Shown here: positions 12,301-24,232 of the stretch, in pieces
How positions within the stretch are numbered: the first letter of the stretch is position 1
How the letters are laid out: each line of letters opens with the position of its first letter
Origin: Fonticula alba ATCC 38817
Lineage: Eukaryota > Protista > Nucleariida
NCBI GenBank assembly: GCA_000388065.2
Contig: KB932204.1
DNA length: 64,000 nucleotides
Strand: one strand, 5' to 3'
Notes under the pieces: generated by a model
What the model was told of the DNA's origin: nothing
The model's input: only the letters and a program-made list of their open reading frames with translations
Database searches by the model: none
Program-made: the position numbers and the translations under genes

Positions 12301-13549
12301 CTGAACGCATGTGGCCCGCCATTCGGTCGTGGGCCGGCGACCCTTTGCCAATCTGGGACACCTGCCCCGAGGTCGCCTGGCACGGGTGCTGGCAAATTCA
12401 CGCGCCGCTCAGCTCCTGCCCGCCTGCCTCGTCTCAAGCGGCTTTGTCCACTCCTCCGGTTGCCTTTACGCAGATCCAAGGTCTCGTCTCCGGGCATGTG
12501 TGTTTTTTTTTTCCCCATGAGCATGACCCTTTTCAGCTCCCTGTGAAAGGAGGGAGGGTGCGCATGTGGACTCCCCTCAATATGACCGCCACCAGCCCCG
12601 TCCTGCGGCCACTTTCCTGGGTGTCTCTTCTCCGATGGGGACTCCAATGGAGGCGGGCCCTCTTGTGGCCTCCTCTCCAAGGTCCTAACACACTCAGCTG
12701 TCCTCCTCACTTGCCAATGCCCGGTGTGCCTGTCCACCTCCTCTCCGCCCCTGCCCCCCCCCCCCCTGGGGCGGTGCGACTCGGTCCCCGATGGACGCCC
12801 CATGAAGGTGCAGATCAGGAGCCATCCTTTTTCTTTGTTGGTGTTTCTATGTCCTCGGTGGTGGTTTTTGTGGGATGGAGGGTTTTGGGAGGCTCGGGGA
12901 GACCTTCGCCGGTTGCCAGAAGCACATGTCAGAACCGAAGTGCTTCACCGGGCTCCGAGGTCGATGACGCGGGCGTCCCGCTGTCGATTGGCCACGATGC
13001 AGCCATGTGCGTCGAAGAAGTGACGAGGTCCGGTGGATGGCGGCGATTTGTCGGAGTTCAGCCCAAATCGCGAGGGGCTTGACATTCCGCAGTGTCGAGG
13101 AGCCCGGCAGCCCGCCAAGCTTCCGAGCTTGCTCCTGGCAATCAGGGAAGATCGGGCCCCGTGAAAAGGGAGCCTGGGTTCGGGCATGACCTAAGAACTC
13201 GGCACCGAGGGTGGCGTCAAATCGAAGATGTGGCGGAGGGGCGGGTGGAAGGCCCCCCCCCCCTCCAGCGTGCGCTCGAGCGAGCTGGAGCGGGATGTTT
13301 TTTTTTCCCCTAACAGGTCCCCTACAACGCAGGGAGCAGCGCCTTGGCTGGATGCTTGCAGAGGAGTGGACCACGCAGGGGGTTGCCCGTGGCATAGAGG
13401 CAGGTGCGCACGGGTCCTGTGTTGCGAGCGTCGAGGGTGATCGCGGTGGGGTCCCGGCAGTTCGCGGGCGGGTCCAGCAACCTGTGCAGCGGAGAGAGAG
13501 AGAGAGAGAGGTCGCGTTGGGTCGGAAGGTAAACCTCCGGGCAGTCGCA

Positions 13550-16107
13550 CGAGGGATCAGGAGAGCCTCGGCCCCCGGCGCCGATGACGCACTCGCGGGC
13601 GGGCCCGGCGTCGGCGTCGGCGTCGAGGAGGCCGGTGTTCGAGGGGCGCGCGGCCTCCCGTGCGATCGAGGCCTCCCCGGCAGCGGTGGCCGCCTGATTG
13701 TGGCTTGCCTGCGCCGGCGCTGTGGATTGAGCGCGGGCTCGAGTCGTTTTCAGTGGGAACGAGGGCCCTTGGCGGCGCCTCGGTTCTTGTACTGGCGCCG
13801 GTGGGTCGCGCCGGCCGCGGCTTCGGGCGCGCCGGCGCCGCGCCCTTGCTCCGGGTGGTCGCCCGAGGCCGCCTTGGCATTGTTGGGCTTTGAGGGTGGA
13901 GGCGGGCTCGGGCCCAGGGTAGCGAAGTGGCATCTCTTCGGGAACGGGCAGTCGAGGCACTTCAGGAAAGGGGCACGATCTGGGATGATGCCCAGGAAGT
14001 CGCCTATGGGCGGGATCTCGCCCTTTAACTTGCACGAAGGCACGCGGAAGGGGGATTGCTTGGTGAAGTCCGGCGGCTGGGAAGATTGCCCCCGGGTCGG
14101 AAGGGTTGTTTTGGCCAGGAGCGTCTGCCAGAACAGTTCATGCGGCGGGCAGAAGCGGACCTTGGCGCACAGGGTCGCCGCGGCGCATGCAAGATCCAGG
14201 CTGGACATCGAAAACTCCCAGCAAGTCATGGAAATGGCCGACAGCATGTTGACGTCCCACAGGGTTGACAAAGTTGCAGATGTTCTCGTAGAAGTCGTCC
14301 TGGTACATGTGCGGGAATAGGCCAATGCTTCTGACCACCGGAGAGGGGAGCGTCTTGAGGAACCCATTTACCGTCACCGGCTGCCAACAGGTGGCGCAGA
14401 TGGCCATTCGAATCTGCATGATTGAGCGGATGTGAGACGTGGTGTCCGGGTGTTGGGGGAACGCCGGGCGGGTATCTTCCTTGCTCGCGACAAAGGCACC
14501 CCGCAGGAGCTCTTGAACGTGGGCCTCCGACAGGTCGAAGAAGATGTCCAGACGAGTGGGCTTGAAGTCCGGGTGCCGGGGTGCGAACAGCGCGTCGAGT
14601 CCCCTCTGGCGTTGATAATGAATTTCCGGGGCGAAATAGATGATCGACTTGGTGGCGGGCACCTGGTTGAGGAGGGCGGGCGCGGTGGGCTCGGGCTGAG
14701 GGGCCACCATCATGGTGCTGCCTGGCCTTGGGGCCGGGGTGGGTGGGGGGCTGGCTCCGGGGCCGGTACAGGCGGGAGGGCTGGCTCCGGGGCCGGTGCA
14801 GGCGAGGGGTCTCGCTGTGTCGGCGTGGACAGAGCCGTCCTGCTGGGCGGGCCTAGCTGCTGAACATCCCAGGACAGTTGTAGAATGCGGAGCTGGATGG
14901 CCGTCATCCGGGCCAGTGTGGCCGAGGGGCCGAGGGGCTGCGGCTCCTGCGTGGCGGGATCCTCGTTCACGGGCTGAGGGTGCCGGTGCCGGGCGGTCTG
15001 CATCGGGTCGAGCATGTGGCGCATGCTGTCCGGGTCCTGCGCCGCGCCATTCTCGGGCTGGCCGGCGCGCATCTCGGTGTGCCACAGTTGTCGGAGAGTC
15101 CGGTTCTTGAGGTCCATGTTCCCAGGGGCGTGCTTCACCAGCTCATTCAGGATGAGGGCAAGCGATTCCCCCGGAGGGGTGGCTTCGCCTCGCAGCTGTC
15201 GGAGTTGCTGGATGTAGTCGAGCAGCTCCTCCTGCACCAGGCTGTGGCCGTTGTACACAACTTGGCCGAGCGCCGTGAACAGCCGCTGGCCCGGGCTCAT
15301 GGGCAATTGGTCGCGCCGACTGGCGGTCAGGATCTCGGCGCGCTGACGCGAGAGGACGATGGCCCGTGACATGAGGCCAGCCAGGCTCTCATGGCGGAAG
15401 AGCGGATGAAGGGCGGGCTTGCGATTTTGCCAGAGGCGCCAAAGGTCCGAGGGATTTGGCAGGAGCCCGTATCGCTGCTGGAGCCGGCTGATGGCGGTTC
15501 GGTCGGATGCCTGGAGTGCTGGCCAATCCAGGAAGTCCCTCGGCCGATGGCCCGAGATGTCTGGGCGAGCCGCCAGCAGGTCCACCAGGGCGCTGGTGAA
15601 GATGTCATCGGCCTTGCATAGGCCGGGCACATCGCCGACGGCGCCCAGGATGACGCGGGAGTGGAAGAAGCCCAATGCGAAGCAGTCCTCTGGGTCCAGC
15701 CGCAGGAGCATGTGCAAAAAGCAGCTGCTCGGTTCGGTTCGGGATCACGTCCGGGAAATTGTGGCCGATCGCCGCGTAGATGGTCAAGATGCTGGCGCCG
15801 AGGTCCATGCTGCGGTTGGCGGAGGTGAAGTGTCGGGCCATGATGGGCACGTCATTGAGCGCCATGTGCACGGGCTGCGGCAGGGCGTCCAAGAAGCGAA
15901 CGATCTGGGCGTGGAATTCCTCCAGGGTGTCATCGTCGGGCAGGAGACGATCGTTGATGATGGTTACGCGCGCTGGGCACAGTGGAGTGGACACGCGCCC
16001 GGCGTCGCGAGTAGGGCGAGGAGGCCGACGAAAGAGGGAAGGCAAGGAGGCGGGGAGGGAAGGTGGGGGCGGGGGGGCCAGGCTGGTTGGTCTTGCGGTT
16101 CCAACAT
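13550..16107 (-). pseudogene. Intronless orphan coding region of ~780+ codons broken by several frameshifts (pseudogene, mis-assembly or TE-derived gene)
   Basis: Successive minus-strand ORFs with gene-like codon usage (15605-16045, 14710-15717, 14138-15085, 13750-14367) overlap in different frames. They join by single-base changes at short homopolymers (C7 ~16073-16079, T5 15716-15720, C6 ~14745-14750, T4 ~14211-14214). No family recognised. Confidence 0.55.
14748..14804. repeat. 30-bp tandem duplication encoding a PAPAPEPALP/PVPAPEPAP linker
   Basis: GGGCTGGCTCCGGGGCCGGT(A/G)CAGGCG occurs twice in tandem. Confidence 0.85.
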
Positions 16108-16266
16108 TATCTTAGAGCCTTTTGAAGGAGGACGAGCCCCTTCGGGATGCGTCGGTTACGGTTCGGGGCGGACTCCCGTGTCGGCGGGGTAGGACCAAAT
16201 GCCCCGACACGGCAGTGTGTGCGTGTGCATGAATACGCCCCTGGAGTGGAAGGACTCCACATGGGA

Positions 16267-16338
16267 TCCCGATTAGTATAGTGGTGAGAATCCCCGCCTG
16301 TCACGCGGGAGGCCCGGGTTCAATTCCCGGATCGGGAG
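16267..16338 (+). tRNA. tRNA-Asp (anticodon GTC)
   Basis: TCCCGATTAGTATAGTGGTGAGAATCCCCGCCTGTCACGCGGGAGGCCCGGGTTCAATTCCCGGATCGGGAG forms a 72-nt cloverleaf with loop CTGTCAC. T4 terminator at 16343-16346. Confidence 0.97.
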
Positions 16339-16792
16339 TATCTTTTGTCCCTCCGCGGCGTCCGGGCTTTTGTTGGCACGGTTGTCGTGTTCTCGAGGGC
16401 GCGGGGGAGAGGCGCCCGGGCGGGGCGGGGGCGGGGGCGGGGCGGGTGTTGCTGTTCCCCTCGTGTTGGCTGGAGGGGGATGGGGACAACGGAGACCGGG
16501 GGGGGGGGGGGGGGGGGATGGCACGCACAGTCCACACAGCCGAGAGCCGCGCGAGATCCTGCTGCAGGCGCTGGTGAACACCGGCCACCAAACGCCGGGC
16601 CCCGAGCGGCAAGCGCCGCCGGGCCTGCGGGAACACCTGGGGGGGGAGGGGCAGAGGCGGCGCGGGACGTGCGGAGGGTGTGGGGGCCACGAAGGGGATC
16701 GATCTTGGATTGTTGTTTTGTGATTGGGAGTGTGTTTTTCCATGTGGCCGGGGCGAGGGCGAGCGTCGCGATCGCGCGAGGGAAAAAAGAAA

Positions 16793-16865
16793 TTCCCATA
16801 CCGGGACTCGAACCCGGGTCTCGTGGGTGAGAGCCACGTATCCTAACCACCTAGACTATATGGGA
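16793..16865 (-). tRNA. tRNA-Glu (anticodon CTC)
   Basis: Reverse complement TCCCATATAGTCTAGGTGGTTAGGATACGTGGCTCTCACCCACGAGACCCGGGTTCGAGTCCCGGTATGGGAA, loop CTCTCAC. T6 terminator at 16783-16788 on the minus strand. Confidence 0.97.
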
Positions 16866-16949
16866 GGGGTAATATACCGCCTCGAGATGGGTCTTTTATT
16901 TGACGGCCCTGGGTGCAATGGAGCTGTGGGGGCCAAAAATGAATGCAGT

Positions 16950-17022
16950 AGCCCACTGTGGGGCTCGAACCCACGACCCTGGGATTAAGAGTCCCATGCT
17001 CTACCAACTGAGCTAAACAGGC
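16950..17022 (-). tRNA. tRNA-Lys (anticodon CTT), identical to the 4319-4391 copy
   Basis: Same 73-nt sequence as the first copy, with a T5 terminator downstream at ~16935-16939. Confidence 0.97.
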
Positions 17023-18859
17023 TGTACATGGTGGCATGCACGGTGTGCGGAAATAAAAATGAATGGTACGCCGTCGGTGGCGGACCTGGGCCGCCGGCCC
17101 TCGGCACTGCGGTGGTGGGGGAAACATGGGCCTCTCTGGCTCCCAGGGCGCGTGGCTGGCGGAGAGGGCCCCCGGCTCGTCGGGAAGCTTTCCGCCGGGG
17201 CGCGAGCATCAAGAAAAAGGGTCCTGCCCCATTCCGCGATCCGGGCGCCGGTTCCTGTCATGCTCGCGGGCACATGGTTTCCGCCCGGGGTTGGCGCCTC
17301 ATTCTGCAGGGGCCCAAGAGGGGGGGCTATCATCTCCGGCAGTTCGGCCAGCGGCCTGGCCATTGTTGGGTGTTTTTTTTTTTTCGTGCGAGACACATGT
17401 CGCCCGTCAATCGAGGGGCCGGGCCCGGGGGATGGCGGTGCCCGGAAAGCGCCACAAGGAACGCTCCCTTGCTGGGGCCGCTGGGCCTGTGTGGTCCGCC
17501 GAGGCCGAGAGCCCTCGGGGCCGGCTCGGAGGGCATGCGCTTGGTCATCTCGGTTGTTCGACAGGCACAAAGGCGGGCCCACGCTCTCGGGCCGAGGGCT
17601 TGCCGCGCTTCGGGTGTCGTCCCTGGGTGGCGCATCGCCGCCGGCAATCACACATTCCTCCATGCCTGTGCGGGCCCTTGGCTGGTGGCGGTGTCGGTGT
17701 GCTCCTCCTCCAGGCGAGGCGCATTCGGGTGGGGACGAGCTCCGCGGGGACATGCCCTGGTATCCTTGGCCCGGGAGATTCTCCCCGTCAGGCAGGCTGG
17801 AATTTCGGGGTGGCGCGCGGCCGGCTGCCTGGCCCCGAGCAGCGTGGTTCCCCCGAGAGGGGATTGCCTTTTCTTTTTTCGGCGTTCATTCTCCTTCAGG
17901 CGACGACGCGCCGAAGGGTGGGAGGGCATCGACTCGGGGGTGGCCCGACCACTCCGGATGCCCGATGCCGGGTTTGCTGCCAGCAACCGGGGCTCGGTCA
18001 TGCTGCTGGCAGCTGCTGGGGCCGATGTCCACGCCCGGGAAGCACCGTCGAGGCGGTCCCCAGCCCCTGAGAGACATAGTGCTCTCGGGAACCACGGGCC
18101 GGGGGCGGGTGCCCCGGGGACTTTTGCCGCGACGGGGACTGGCGGACATGGGTCGCGGCATCGGTGCTCTTGACGCAAGTGGAAGGCTTGGCTTTTCGGT
18201 GCATGCCCCACCGACCAGGGGCCGCCGGGGGGAAAGGCGGGCCTTTGGCCCATCGCGATGATGCAGCGGCATTGATCCCGCGCGGCGGAGGGCCGCCTGG
18301 CGGGGCATGTGAAGACACGGCCCTGCCCGTGTGTTCACAGGGCGGCACGCCCCGTGCTTGGGGCATGCATGGCTGCCGGGTGGCTGAATGGGGTGGCGCT
18401 CCTGGTGGCCGCCCGGAGGGGCCAGGGGGGGGGGGGGACCTTGGGCCCGACGGGGGATGCCGAGCATGTGGCACCTCCCTGCCCAGGGTGTCGAGTCATC
18501 TGCTGCATGCCGCCGGCCCGGGCCGTAGTCGCCGCTCGGAGAAAGGGCGATTGGAGGCCCGCATGGGCGCGGGCATTTTGCCTCGCCGAATGCGGCCGAC
18601 GCCCTCCGCGCCGGATCGCCAGGCTGAGCCCTTATTCCCCGGGAGTTCTCTCGCCCGAGAGGAGCTTCACCAAGCACACCCGGCCCGGCGGGGCTGGAAA
18701 GGGCACCTGCCAAGAGCCGGCATCGGGGGGCCCGGATGGCTTGGTCCGGAAGCGCGCTCCTCACTGGGGATCTCTCGGGACCGTGTCAGGCAGTTGTGTA
18801 TTGGATGAAGGTGCCGAGGGCGGGGCTGCTTGGCGCGCGAAGGGGCAGACCGAGCACAT

Positions 18860-19125
18860 TCAGAGCGGCGCTTGGAGCTGGCCCAAGGTGGCGGCCAGTT
18901 CGTCGGCCGTGGGGCGGTCGTCGGGGTTGGTGGACCAGGCCCGGCGGTACGCCTGGCAATAGGGCTCCAGCCAGGAGGCTGACGAGACCACGGGCACCAG
19001 CTTCCGCGGCTCGCCGGTGGACAGGTCCCTGTCTGGGCGCTGGTCGGCCATCACGGCGCGAGGCAGCTCGCTCGACGGCGTGGCTATCGAGCCAGGCAGC
19101 GCACGCGGGCCGATTAGCCAGGGGG

Positions 19126-19170
<45 letters not shown>

Positions 19171-22100
19171 CCCCCAGAGATGCAAANNNNNNNNNNNNNN
19201 NNNNNNNNNNNNNNNNNNNNNNNNNNNNNNNNNNNNNNNNNNNNNNNNNNNNNNNNNNNNNNNNNNNNNNNNNNNNNNNNNNNGGGGGGGGGGGGGGGGG
19301 GGGCCAGTCGGGAGCCACGTACCGATATCGGCCGCCAGGCCGAGGATCTGGCCCGGCGGCAGGGACGAGGGCCAGAGCAGGCTAGACAGGACCCCGGGAT
19401 AGTGCGGCATGACCAGCGCCTGGGCCGGGGCGGCCGAGTACCCAAGCAGCCGGCAGACAAAGGGCGACCCGTCGTTGGCCAGGAGCAGGCCCAAAATGGC
19501 GATCTCCTGGTCGAGGAGCGACTCGAAGTGCGCGCGAGCCGGCGAGTCTGGGTCGACCGCGATGCGGTGGCGGGACGTGGGTTAGGCGAGGGCCGGGGGC
19601 TGAGGGGGGGGGGCGGGGGGGCGGGGCGCGGGGTGTCCACACACCAGCGGGGATCATCTTGACGGCGCCGGCCGACCCGCCAGCCAGCGAAGCCAGATCC
19701 GGTCGGAGCAGGGTGCAGGGCAACACCACCGCCTGGGCCCCGGAGCCCAGGGGCTGCTGCTGGTGTTCCAGGCGGTAATCGGTCTCTGCGCAGAGGAGCA
19801 GGTGCCCGGGGAGGGACATTTCTGGATGCCAGTGGGCCGGCCAGGGGGCGGGGCGGTTAGCCGGGACCGGGGCCTGCAGCCAGCGAGCCATCGGGTCGGG
19901 AGGGGGCAAAAGGCCGAAAAGCAAAGGGAGAAGCATGGTCACGCACCGAGCATGGTATTCATGACGGTCATATCCTCCTGGGGAGTGGTGCATTGCGTTA
20001 GCCCGGGCCAATCGACAGGAGTATGGTATGGGAGGGGGGGGGGGACCGTGTGGGTGCACGCGCGTACCGACTGGCCGAGATGCTCCATGGGGATGGCGTC
20101 AGATTGCTTGAGGGCGCTTGGGCGGCGCTGCCGCCACAGCAGGCAGAGAGCCGCCAGCGCAACCAGGAGCAACAGCAGCAGGCCCAATGGCAGGGCGATG
20201 GCCAAGACAAGCCAGCGCGAATCTGCACGGAGGAGGTTAGACATGGCAGGAGGGGCACAGAGGCGGCAGGCGTCCCGGCCCTCAAGGGGCCGAGGGCTTG
20301 GGGGACATACTTTGCTTGGGACAGCCGCCCGGCGACTCGCAGTGGGGGGTCAGGCAGCCGTCGGGCCCGGGGCCGAGGCACGTGGCACAGGTCATGTCGC
20401 AGGGGGCGCACGCGTCGTCGGTGCCTGTCGAGATGAACCAGCCATCCGGGCAGGTGTCGACGCAGGTGCGCGGCCCGGAGCCGACCGGGGCATGGTCGGT
20501 CGGGTGGCGGTCCGCCAGCCGGACGGCCAGCAGGTCGGGCTGGCATTGCTCACAGTCGTCGGGCGACATGCCACACACCAGGCACCCGGGAGAGGAGCAG
20601 GGCAGACAGCGTCGGCCAGCGGCGTCCGTGTGCCAACCGGCCGGGCAGGTGTCCGTGCCGAGGGGCAAGCATCCCCCGGGGCCGAGCAGCAGGAGCCGGT
20701 CGTCGATGCAGCCGGTGCAGTGGCCGGCCTCGGGCCCGGTGCAGCTGGCGCAGGGGGCCGAGCAGGCCACACACTCATGCTGCCCGGGCGTGAGGGCCTC
20801 CCGTTGGAAGAAGCCCTCCGGACAGGAGGCCAGGCACCCGGTGCCCGGCAAGAGGGCCGATCCCGGCCGGCAGCCGAGGCAGTGCCACGGCTGAGGCCCC
20901 CCCTGGCAGGAGGTGCAGTCCCGATGGCAGGGTGCACAGCGCGCCGAGGGCGGCGAAGAGAGGTCGGGGAATTCGTCGGGCTCGCATGCGGCCACACAGG
21001 TGCCCGGGTGGCGCCCGAGGAGCATGCCGTCCGGGCATTGGACACAGTGGTCGGCGGTGCCCTCGCAATGCTGGCATCCCGGGGCACAGGGGAGGCAGCT
21101 CTTCCCCGAGGCCAGGTAGCCCCGGCCGCAGGTGGCCAGGCAGCCGTGTGCCGGATGCAGGGCCAGATCCCCGGCACACTGGGAGCATTGCTGGCCGGCG
21201 GGGCCGGCGCAGGCGAGGCAGTAGGGCCCGCAGGGCAGGCAGGTGCCCCCGTCGGGGAAGGTCCGCTCGGGGCAGGCCCCCATGCAGGCGCCCTCCCAGA
21301 GGTTGGGCCGGGGCATTGGGCAGGCGGAGCATTGGCCGGCTGTCGGGCCGTGGCACTCGGCACAGGAGGTGTCGCAGGGGACGCACGCGCCGGCCAGCGG
21401 GGTGCTTGTTGGCGGGCAGCTGTCCAGACAGCGCGCTTGGTGGAAGACATGCGACCGGGGACACAGGTGGCATTGGTGGGCCTCGGGCCCGGCGCACGAC
21501 AGGCAGGACTCGTGGCAGGGAATGCACCGGCCGCCCTGCTGGAAGAAGCCCAAGGCCGGGCAGGCCGGGCGGCAGTACCCGCGATCCAGGACCCGGGCCG
21601 GGGGGCAGGCGGTGCAGGCGTTCGACCGGTGCGCGGAGCACTCGGCACACGAGCCATGGCAAGGGAGACAGGCATCGCCGCTGGCGGCCGGGAACATGGC
21701 CTCCGGACAGGCCTCGACACAGGTGTGGCTGCCGGGCAGGAGCAGCCAGCCGGGCATGCACACCAGGCAGAGGGCCGGGTCGTCCGGGCTGCATGCGGCG
21801 CAGGCGGCATCGTCGCAGGCGCACGCCGGGCAGGGGTCCGGCAGGCAGGCATTGTCCTGCTGAAGCGCCCAGCCGGCCGGGCAGGAGAGGCAATCCGTTG
21901 ACAGGGGCCCGGAGCAGGTGGCGCAGCGCGGGGCGCATGCGTCACAGGCGGCCCCCGCGGCATGGGTCCCCGGCGGGCAGGCGCCCACACAGGTGTCCTG
22001 GTGGAGCATGAGCCCCGGGGCGCAGGTCAAGCACGCGCCAGGGCCGGGGGCGCCGCAGGTGGCGCACGATGCGTGGCACTGGAGGCACTGGGTGCCGGAG

Positions 22101-24200
22101 TCATCGAGCTGGAGGCCGGGGCCACAGGCCCGGCAGAGGGCCCCGGCCTGGTCGGTGACGCAGGACAGGCAGCCGGCGTCGGCGCACGGGGCACACTGCT
22201 TGGCATCGGAGGACGAGATGCCGGTGCCGTCGGGGCAGGAGCGCACGCACGCGCCGGCCGGGGTCCGCAGCCAGCCGGCCGCACAGGCCAGGCAGTCGGC
22301 GGCCGTGGCGCCGAGGCACCGGTCGCATGCCGGGTCGCAGGGCCGACAGGCCCCGGGCAGGCCGGCCGGCAGGAAGCGATTTCCCGAGCACGCGGTGCAT
22401 TGGCCGGGGCTGGGCCCGAGGCAGGAGGCACAGGAGGCGGCGCATGCGAGGCACTGTCGGCCATCGGGCCCGGGCCCGAAGCCGGGCCCGCACTCGGCCA
22501 CGCAGATGCCAGCCTGGAGGAGCTGCCCATCGGGGCAGGTGGCACACAGCCCCGGCCACATGGCCGAGCAGGTGGCGCAGCTGCCATGGCAAGCCTCGCA
22601 CCGGGGCGGGGACACCCCGAGCCCGGTGGAGTCGTTGGCCACCGGCAGGAGGCCCGGCTGGCAGGTGCAGGCCGACGGGCCGACCTGCATGCCGGCCGGG
22701 CAGGCACAATTGTCGGCCCCCGGGCCGGGCTCCGGGACGGCGTGCTCCACACACTCACACCGATCGGTCAGGGGGCTGATGAAGCGCCCGGCCCCGAGGC
22801 AGGTGCACTGGCCGCTGGCCCGGTCGAAGGGGGCATCCGAGGGACACCAGTGCTGGGCCTGGTCGGCTCGGGCCATGACCGTGAGACTGGCCTGCCCGTC
22901 GGGCGAGTGCTCCAGCACCACCACTTCCACATGGTCATCTTGATTGACATCGGCCAGGAAGATGGTCGGCGGGGGGGTGCCGTCGGTGGACATGGTGGCT
23001 GTGGCGCGGCCCGGGCGGATGACCACGCGACGGAAGGCCGACCGCCGGCTGTCCTGAGCCAGGTAGGCCACAATGCGCCCGGTGTGCCGATACACCAGGA
23101 CGAAGTCCGCATTGTTGTCGCCATCCAGGTCATGCGTCTGGAGGTCGACATCCTCATTGATGGGGTCACTTTCGAGGTTGACCATGTCGCAGCCGTAGTC
23201 ATGGCGATGGCCCGGCTGGGTGGTGGCCGTGGCAGGGCCATGGCCGGGGCGGGCCGGCGTGGCCGGGACCCGGGTCATGGGGCTGGCAAAGGCGCCGGCC
23301 GCGGCAGCCTGGCCGGGGTGGACCAGGCGCTGGCAGTGATGCTGCATGATGCACATGAAGTCCAGCAGGGTGATGCTATTGGGCTGGCCATCGGCCCGGA
23401 GGAGGGCCACCTCGTTGTAGCTGGCGTGGTTGGTCGCCACGAAGACGACATTGGTGATGTGCCGGTCGGAGGGGTCCAACAGCCAGGCGCAAGACCAATT
23501 GATTGCGACAAAGAAAATGGCCGGCTGGCGGACCGGGTGCCAAGGGATCAGGTCTTGGATGGACTCCACATGCAGGAGGTCCGAGGTGCCGGAAACCGAG
23601 CCCAACATGGTGCTGTGCAGCCTCCGGGGCAGGGCCCCGGGACCCGGTCGGGGCAGTTCAACCACCACCCGCTGGCACTGGCCATCGGACAGGTAGCTGT
23701 CGGCCAGGATGCCAGGAGCCAGGAGGATGACATCGCGCCAGTCATCGGGCGAGGTGGCATCCGGCGCCACGCGCACCAGTCGCAGGATGCTGGGAGCCAT
23801 GCCCCGGGCAAGGCGGGCCGGCTGGAGGAACACCTCCTCCAGGGGGTACGGCAATGGCAGGGCCTCCACCTGGCAATGGGCCATCAGGGCCGAGCTGGGG
23901 TCGAGCAGGGACACCGACTGGATGCTGGCCAATTGCACGTGCGATTGGACGGCGATCGGCTGGCCGGCCAAAGTGCACACCCGGGTCGGGGTCGGAGGAT
24001 CAATGCCCACACTGGGCGGGGGAGGGCCCCGGGCCAGGGTCAAATGCACCGGCAGGGCATTGCCCTTGTGGCTGATGGCTTGCCAGGAGAGCCCGGCCGG
24101 CGGGGTGGCGGATGTGGCGGCCGGCGCCCAAGGCAGCCCGGCCGGAGTCCTTGGCCCGGGGGCGCTCGTGTCCGTCGGGGGGGTGGATCGGAGGAGCGAG

Positions 24201-24232
<32 letters not shown>

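Noticed and set aside
10808-12361. 517-aa minus-strand ORF
   Set aside because: Low-complexity GC-shadow composition with no domain signature.
16217-16252. Hairpin CCGTGTCGG...CCGACACGG upstream of tRNA-Asp
   Set aside because: A 9-11 bp GC-rich stem is likely by chance at this base composition.
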